From an uncultured virus (IMG/VR IMGVR_UViG_3300020049_015566) (lineage: Duplodnaviria; Heunggongvirae; Uroviricota; Caudoviricetes): a stretch of 20,000 nt of DNA. The notes below the pieces were generated by a model that saw nothing but the letters and a program-made list of their open reading frames with translations, searched no databases and had not been told where the DNA came from. The first letter of the stretch is position 1, and every line of letters starts with the position of its first letter. Shown here piece after piece: positions 16,254 through 20,000 of this stretch. The stretch is from IMG/VR virus record IMGVR_UViG_3300020049_015566; one strand, written 5' to 3'. Position numbers and translations under genes: made by a program.

Positions 16254-16822
16254 GCTACATCCGATTGAAATCCGGGGGCCTCTTTGACTTTGCGGTCCCA
16301 GAGAAGTCCATCTTCACACTGGATGACATTGCCTGGGGCCTCGCCCACATCTACCGTTTCAACGGCCAGACGCACCAGCCGATCTCCGTAGCCCAGCACA
16401 GCATCAATGTCAGCTATCTGGTCGACCCCCGCATTGCACGGGACGCCCTGCTGCATGACGCCGCCGAGGCCTTCCTCGGAGATATCACGACCCCGCTGAA
16501 GGCCGTGCTTGGGGAGCGATTCCGATCTCTGGAATGGGTGACCGAGTATATGGTGGCTCAACGTCTTGGCATTACCACTCCCCCAGGTAACCCTTTCATC
16601 AAGGAAGCGGACCTCGTCTGTCTGGCGACAGAGCGGGCCTTCCTGATGAAGAACGACCCTGGTGAGCCTTGGGACTGCCTGGAGGGTATCAAACCCATGC
16701 AGGTTGAGGACTTCAGCCACGCCTGGACCTACTTCAGCATCGGCAGCCAGAGCTGCCCTGAAGAGGACTACCGGAAATTTTTACGACGCTATGAGGAACT
16801 TTCACATGTTCAAGCTGCTTAA
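16250..16822 (+). CDS. HD-domain 5'-deoxynucleotidase (YfbR-like)
   Basis: DIA.GLA.I.RFNG, SVAQHS, LLHDAAEAFLGDITTP and K.AD...LATE motifs. Confidence 0.9.
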   Translation: MSYIRLKSGGLFDFAVPEKSIFTLDDIAWGLAHIYRFNGQTHQPISVAQHSINVSYLVDPRIARDALLHDAAEAFLGDITTPLKAVLGERFRSLEWVTEYMVAQRLGITTPPGNPFIKEADLVCLATERAFLMKNDPGEPWDCLEGIKPMQVEDFSHAWTYFSIGSQSCPEEDYRKFLRRYEELSHVQAA

Positions 16823-17699
16823 ACCTGCCGATGCCATTGATGGCGTCACGGCAGAGGTCGTTGAGGACACTATCTGCAATGGGGTCCGGTTGACGACCCT
16901 GAAGATCCGTTATCACCGCATGATCCACGCCGAATTCCTGCGCCACCGTGTATTCTCCCGGGGCGCCGGCAGCAGCCGGGCAATCCCGGTTACCAAGATG
17001 GCCGCGAGTGCAGACGCCACGCCGGTTTCCTGGGGAACCAACCAGGCGGGCATGCAAGCGGGTGCGGACCTGACCGGCTGGAGGCTGTTCACCGTCCAGC
17101 TGCTGTGGCTTATCGCCATGCACATTGCCCGGAGATTGAGTATCTGGATGGCGAAGGCCGGGGCGCACAAGCAACTCGCCAACCGCCTGACCGAGCCATA
17201 CCAGTGGATGACCGAGGTCATCACCGGCACTGACTGGGACAACCTCTTCAACCTGCGGGACCATGAGAAGGCACAGCCTGAAATCCAGGTCATTACCCGC
17301 AAGATCCGGGCAGCGATGGCCCTCAGTGAGCCGAGGCAGGTTGGAAGACTGGTTTGTGACCCGTTCAACTGGCACCTTCCCTTTGTTCTCCCTCATGAGC
17401 GCGTGAAGGCCTCCGAGATGGGTTATGACAGCGCCTCACCAATGGAGAACTGCCACTTCCTGGCGAAGCTGTCCAGTGCCCGTTGTGCGCGTGTCAGTTA
17501 CTGGAACCATGATGGTTCAGCCCCGCAGGTTGTGAAGGACCTGGGGCTATTTGACAAGCTCACGGAGGATCCTCAAGCCATTCATGCCTCCCCGATGGAA
17601 CACCCGGCGCATCCTACCTCCCATGGGAAACGTCGCGTGCGTAATTTCCGCGGCTGGAAGCAGTTCCGCGTCATGGTTGAAGCCGGAGAAGTCCAATGA
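16806..17699 (+). CDS. thyX: Flavin-dependent thymidylate synthase
   Basis: RHRVFSRGAGSSRAIP, HKQ.ANR, LR.H..AQPEI, ARCARVSY and HASPMEH motifs. Start moved to ATG 16806 (GAGGA RBS). Confidence 0.9.
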   Translation: MFKLLKPADAIDGVTAEVVEDTICNGVRLTTLKIRYHRMIHAEFLRHRVFSRGAGSSRAIPVTKMAASADATPVSWGTNQAGMQAGADLTGWRLFTVQLLWLIAMHIARRLSIWMAKAGAHKQLANRLTEPYQWMTEVITGTDWDNLFNLRDHEKAQPEIQVITRKIRAAMALSEPRQVGRLVCDPFNWHLPFVLPHERVKASEMGYDSASPMENCHFLAKLSSARCARVSYWNHDGSAPQVVKDLGLFDKLTEDPQAIHASPMEHPAHPTSHGKRRVRNFRGWKQFRVMVEAGEVQ

Positions 17700-18313
17700 G
17701 AACCCGCCCCTATCTCCTGCTGCTGTCGACCAACACCGGTTACGGGTCCGGCAAGACCACGGTAGCCAAGGCAATGCAAGAACTTGACCCGACACTGGAC
17801 ATCATCAGCATCGCCACCCCCCTGAAGGAAATGGTGAAGTCCCTGCTCAAGTCCCTGGGGTACCGGAGCACCGAAGTCATGCAGATGCTGTATGACCCGG
17901 CGTTCAAGGAGACCCCTATCTCTGGTATCGGGGATGGGACAGTCACCCCCCGCCGGTTGATGCAGACCCTGGGGACAGAATGGCGAAACATGGTTGACCC
18001 TGACCTGTGGGTCAAGCTGACGGTACAGAAGGTCATGTCACTGCGGGAGCGAGGCAAGAATATCTGTATTGATGATCTTCGCTTTCCGCATGAGCTGACC
18101 CCATTCCGATCCGAGCTTTTTCCGGGGTCCCCCGAGGTCATCCACCTTAACATCGACCGGCCTGGACACTCTAAGGGCGTAGGCCAGCATGCTTCCGAAG
18201 CGGGGCTTGCCGGTGTCAAACCGGACTTTCAGATGCTCAACGACGGGACGATCGAGGAGCTCAAGTTCAAGGTCAAGGACCTATTCTTCTTCTTCCCAGA
18301 TGTGAAAGAGTAA
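17696..18313 (+). CDS. Deoxynucleoside monophosphate kinase
   Basis: GSGKTT, A.PLKE, TPRRLMQTLGTEW.R, IDDLRFPHE, H.SE and NDGT motifs. Confidence 0.92.
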   Translation: MRTRPYLLLLSTNTGYGSGKTTVAKAMQELDPTLDIISIATPLKEMVKSLLKSLGYRSTEVMQMLYDPAFKETPISGIGDGTVTPRRLMQTLGTEWRNMVDPDLWVKLTVQKVMSLRERGKNICIDDLRFPHELTPFRSELFPGSPEVIHLNIDRPGHSKGVGQHASEAGLAGVKPDFQMLNDGTIEELKFKVKDLFFFFPDVKE

Positions 18314-18347
18314 TGAAAAAGGCCCCAACTGGGGCCTTTTTCATTAC
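18310..18347. terminator. Bidirectional intrinsic terminator between convergent modules
   Basis: Perfect 17-bp inverted repeat GTAATGAAAAAGGCCCC-aact-GGGGCCTTTTTCATTAC with a T-tract on each strand. Confidence 0.93.
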
Positions 18348-18892
18348 GCCGATATCAACCGCAGGCACTCCTTGCGAACCTTGGCCAGTCGATTCAACCA
18401 ACCCTTCCCATACTCCGCCCAGTCCTCATGCACCCGGTAACGGTCTTCACGGATTGCCAGGATCTTATCCAGGAGCCGCACCTTGGCCTCTTGGGTACAA
18501 CTCCGGTAACCGTTGGCCGCCATCAGGCTCTTGACTCCGAAGTAACCATCCGGCTTCACGCCCAGTGCCTGCTGCAGGAACTTGATCGACCGCACCGGAC
18601 CATGATTTACCGCCCCATCGTAGACCAGTAAGGCCAACCAGTCGTCCAGCAGGTCGCAGTGGGCCATCTGCCAGTAGTCCCGCTGGAAACACCCCTTGGC
18701 CTGCGCCAGGGACATCGTCTTGATCGGAATCCCCCGGTACTTGCCATCCTTGACGCCATCCGCCATGTCCGAGAGGCCGAACTTCGTCTCCCCACCGTTA
18801 TCCTTGGCGAGGTTGGTGTACTTCAGGCCCTCGCACTTTTCGAGGACGAACTTGAAGCTGCTGTCAAAATCAGGAGTGGACATGGTGGTCAT
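18344..18892 (-). CDS. Endolysin, glycoside hydrolase family 108
   Basis: EG..Y.N...D.GGETKFG, A...F..DYW, YD.AVNHG, LQQALGVKPDG.FG and YGKGWLNR motifs. Confidence 0.9.
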   Translation of the reverse strand: MTTMSTPDFDSSFKFVLEKCEGLKYTNLAKDNGGETKFGLSDMADGVKDGKYRGIPIKTMSLAQAKGCFQRDYWQMAHCDLLDDWLALLVYDGAVNHGPVRSIKFLQQALGVKPDGYFGVKSLMAANGYRSCTQEAKVRLLDKILAIREDRYRVHEDWAEYGKGWLNRLAKVRKECLRLISA

Positions 18893-19158
18893 CCCCGGGG
18901 GCCTTCAGAACCCCCCATCAGGCGCGGTTGAAGACTCAGAAAAAGAACAGTGGCCCCCGCCATGACCCATGTCTTGAACCAGGGGAAGTCCGGGGGGAGC
19001 TCCGGGAGCATCAGCAGGAGTGATAGTCCGGCGCAGGCCGTGATCAGGTACAGGATCCGCAACAGATGGGAGGTCTTGGGGCCCATCTGGTTGAGCATGC
19101 AGATAGAACGTACCAGCAGGGCCAGGGCGCAAATGAGGAGAATGACCGAACTGAGCAT
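18889..19158 (-). CDS. Holin-like membrane protein (89 aa)
   Basis: Three hydrophobic segments; directly upstream of and overlapping the endolysin. Confidence 0.65.
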   Translation of the reverse strand: MLSSVILLICALALLVRSICMLNQMGPKTSHLLRILYLITACAGLSLLLMLPELPPDFPWFKTWVMAGATVLFLSLQPRLMGGSEGPRG

Positions 19159-19164
19159 GATGGA

Positions 19165-19485
19165 TCACCGCTTGATGAGGGTTTTGATGAACTGGAGGGG
19201 GCTGCGAGCCACCTCCGCCGAGAGCTCGAGCAGGGCCGGGATGAGGTTCATCCCCATGACCCCGATCAGAAACCCGACCCCTGGCAGGACCCCTGCCGGC
19301 ATACCCAGCAAGTATCCCACCAGCGGGGTTCCGTAATGGGCAGTCGCCGCCCCCGTGACCAGGGCGGCATAGATGTGGCGGTCCAGTGTCCGAACGAAGC
19401 TGAGCGACAGCAACGCACCGATAAACCCGGCGATCAGGAAGGCATATTTGGCCAGAATGGCGCTTAACGAGATCGGCTCAGACAT
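19165..19485 (-). CDS. Holin-like membrane protein (106 aa)
   Basis: Three hydrophobic segments (AGFIGALLSL..., GFLIGVMGMNLIP), basic C-terminus, lysis-cassette position. Confidence 0.7.
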   Translation of the reverse strand: MSEPISLSAILAKYAFLIAGFIGALLSLSFVRTLDRHIYAALVTGAATAHYGTPLVGYLLGMPAGVLPGVGFLIGVMGMNLIPALLELSAEVARSPLQFIKTLIKR

Positions 19486-19536
19486 GTCGGGAGTCCCAGT
19501 GGTTTCCGGGATTGTATCGTTTGACCCTGAAGGAGG

Positions 19537-19761
19537 TCAAACCTGAGGGTCTTCCTGCCAGGGATCCTCGTCCGGAACTTCGTACTCGCTGACTTTCTCA
19601 GCGCCGAAGCACCGGCCATTCTCTGCTTGCATGGCGGCGAGGTACTCACCTGCCTCTGCGGGGCTGGTAGCCTCAAACGTCAGTTGCTCGCCCTGCTCAT
19701 TCAGAGCCGAGATGAACTCGCCTTGTTGCTCAACCAGCAACTTATAAACTGTAATGATCAT
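19537..19761 (-). CDS. Small acidic hypothetical protein (74 aa)
   Basis: ATGA overlap with the upstream - strand gene. Confidence 0.6.
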   Translation of the reverse strand: MIITVYKLLVEQQGEFISALNEQGEQLTFEATSPAEAGEYLAAMQAENGRCFGAEKVSEYEVPDEDPWQEDPQV

Positions 19762-20000
19762 GGTGCGAAGTACCCCTGTGCGTTAACGTAAACGCCGCCA
19801 AAAACCGATGCTGACAGCGTGACAACTTCGAGCAATGTAGCAGCAGTTGATTTTAATGGGTCGCTAAATTGTATAGTGCTAACACCTGCAATACCTGCTG
19901 TACCAATTTTCCCACGCCACAACACAGTCCCGCCAGCACCGTCTCGAATAGCAATCTCTGTTGCAGCACCAAGAACATCGGACGATATTTGCAGGCTGGT
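19758..20000 (-). CDS. 3' end of a probable virion/tail-associated protein (partial, not in ORF track)
   Basis: Open frame from 20000 to TGA at 19760-19758: TSLQISSDVLGAATEIAIRDGAGGTVLWRGK...VYVNAQGYFAP. Beta-rich and lower GC. Confidence 0.65.
   Translation of the reverse strand, partial: TSLQISSDVLGAATEIAIRDGAGGTVLWRGKIGTAGIAGVSTIQFSDPLKSTAATLLEVVTLSASVFGGVYVNAQGYFAP

Larger units (their letters stand above)
1..20000. mobile_element. Segment of a tailed dsDNA phage/prophage genome (replication module converging on lysis/structural module)
   Basis: Dense, often ATGA-coupled genes for helicase, polA, 5'-3' exonuclease, SbcCD, ThyX, dNMP kinase, holin-like proteins and endolysin. No host housekeeping synteny and no integrase or att site seen in the window. 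Confidence 0.95.

Noticed and set aside
14211..16720. Long antisense ORFs (14211-15734, 15611-16720; also 2423-3391, 6113-7216, 7289-8236)
   Set aside because: Shadow frames of well-supported + strand genes, expected with high GC3; no recognisable motifs.
16250..16822. Z-genome (2-aminoadenine) pathway via a DatZ-like HD enzyme
   Set aside because: No purZ in the window, and the motifs match the common phage YfbR-like family.
18313..18534. + strand 73-aa ORF MKKAPTGAFF
   Set aside because: It is a translation of the terminator hairpin running antisense into the endolysin gene.

Overview
This window is part of a GC-rich tailed dsDNA phage (or prophage) genome, probably from a proteobacterial host. 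The + strand (1-18313) is a tightly packed replication, recombination and nucleotide-metabolism module. It holds a NUDIX hydrolase, an SF2 helicase, an HTH protein, a putative SSB, a 5'-3' exonuclease, a family A DNA polymerase, a TraR/DksA-like zinc finger, a RecU-like resolvase, a DEDDh exonuclease, a KTSC protein, an SbcD/SbcC (Mre11/Rad50) pair, an HD nucleotidase, ThyX and a dNMP kinase. It converges at a bidirectional terminator on a - strand lysis/structural block (GH108 endolysin, two holin-like genes, 3' end of a probable virion protein). Main result: the three apparent polymerase fragments are one gene interrupted by two small, ORF-less, mutually related T4-td-like group I introns (8801-9067 and 9360-9639). 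Removing them gives a continuous 862-aa polA with intact PN, A, B and C motifs. Second result: a ~700 bp non-coding region (11706-12340) carries 3.5 tandem 54-bp repeats, 13 roughly helically phased ATCA-N7-TGAT sites and an AT-rich palindromic tract (candidate origin or operator array). Also found are a structured, partly tRNA-like element upstream of the SSB-like gene and three small genes missing from the ORF track. All calls come from manual reading; no searches were run.
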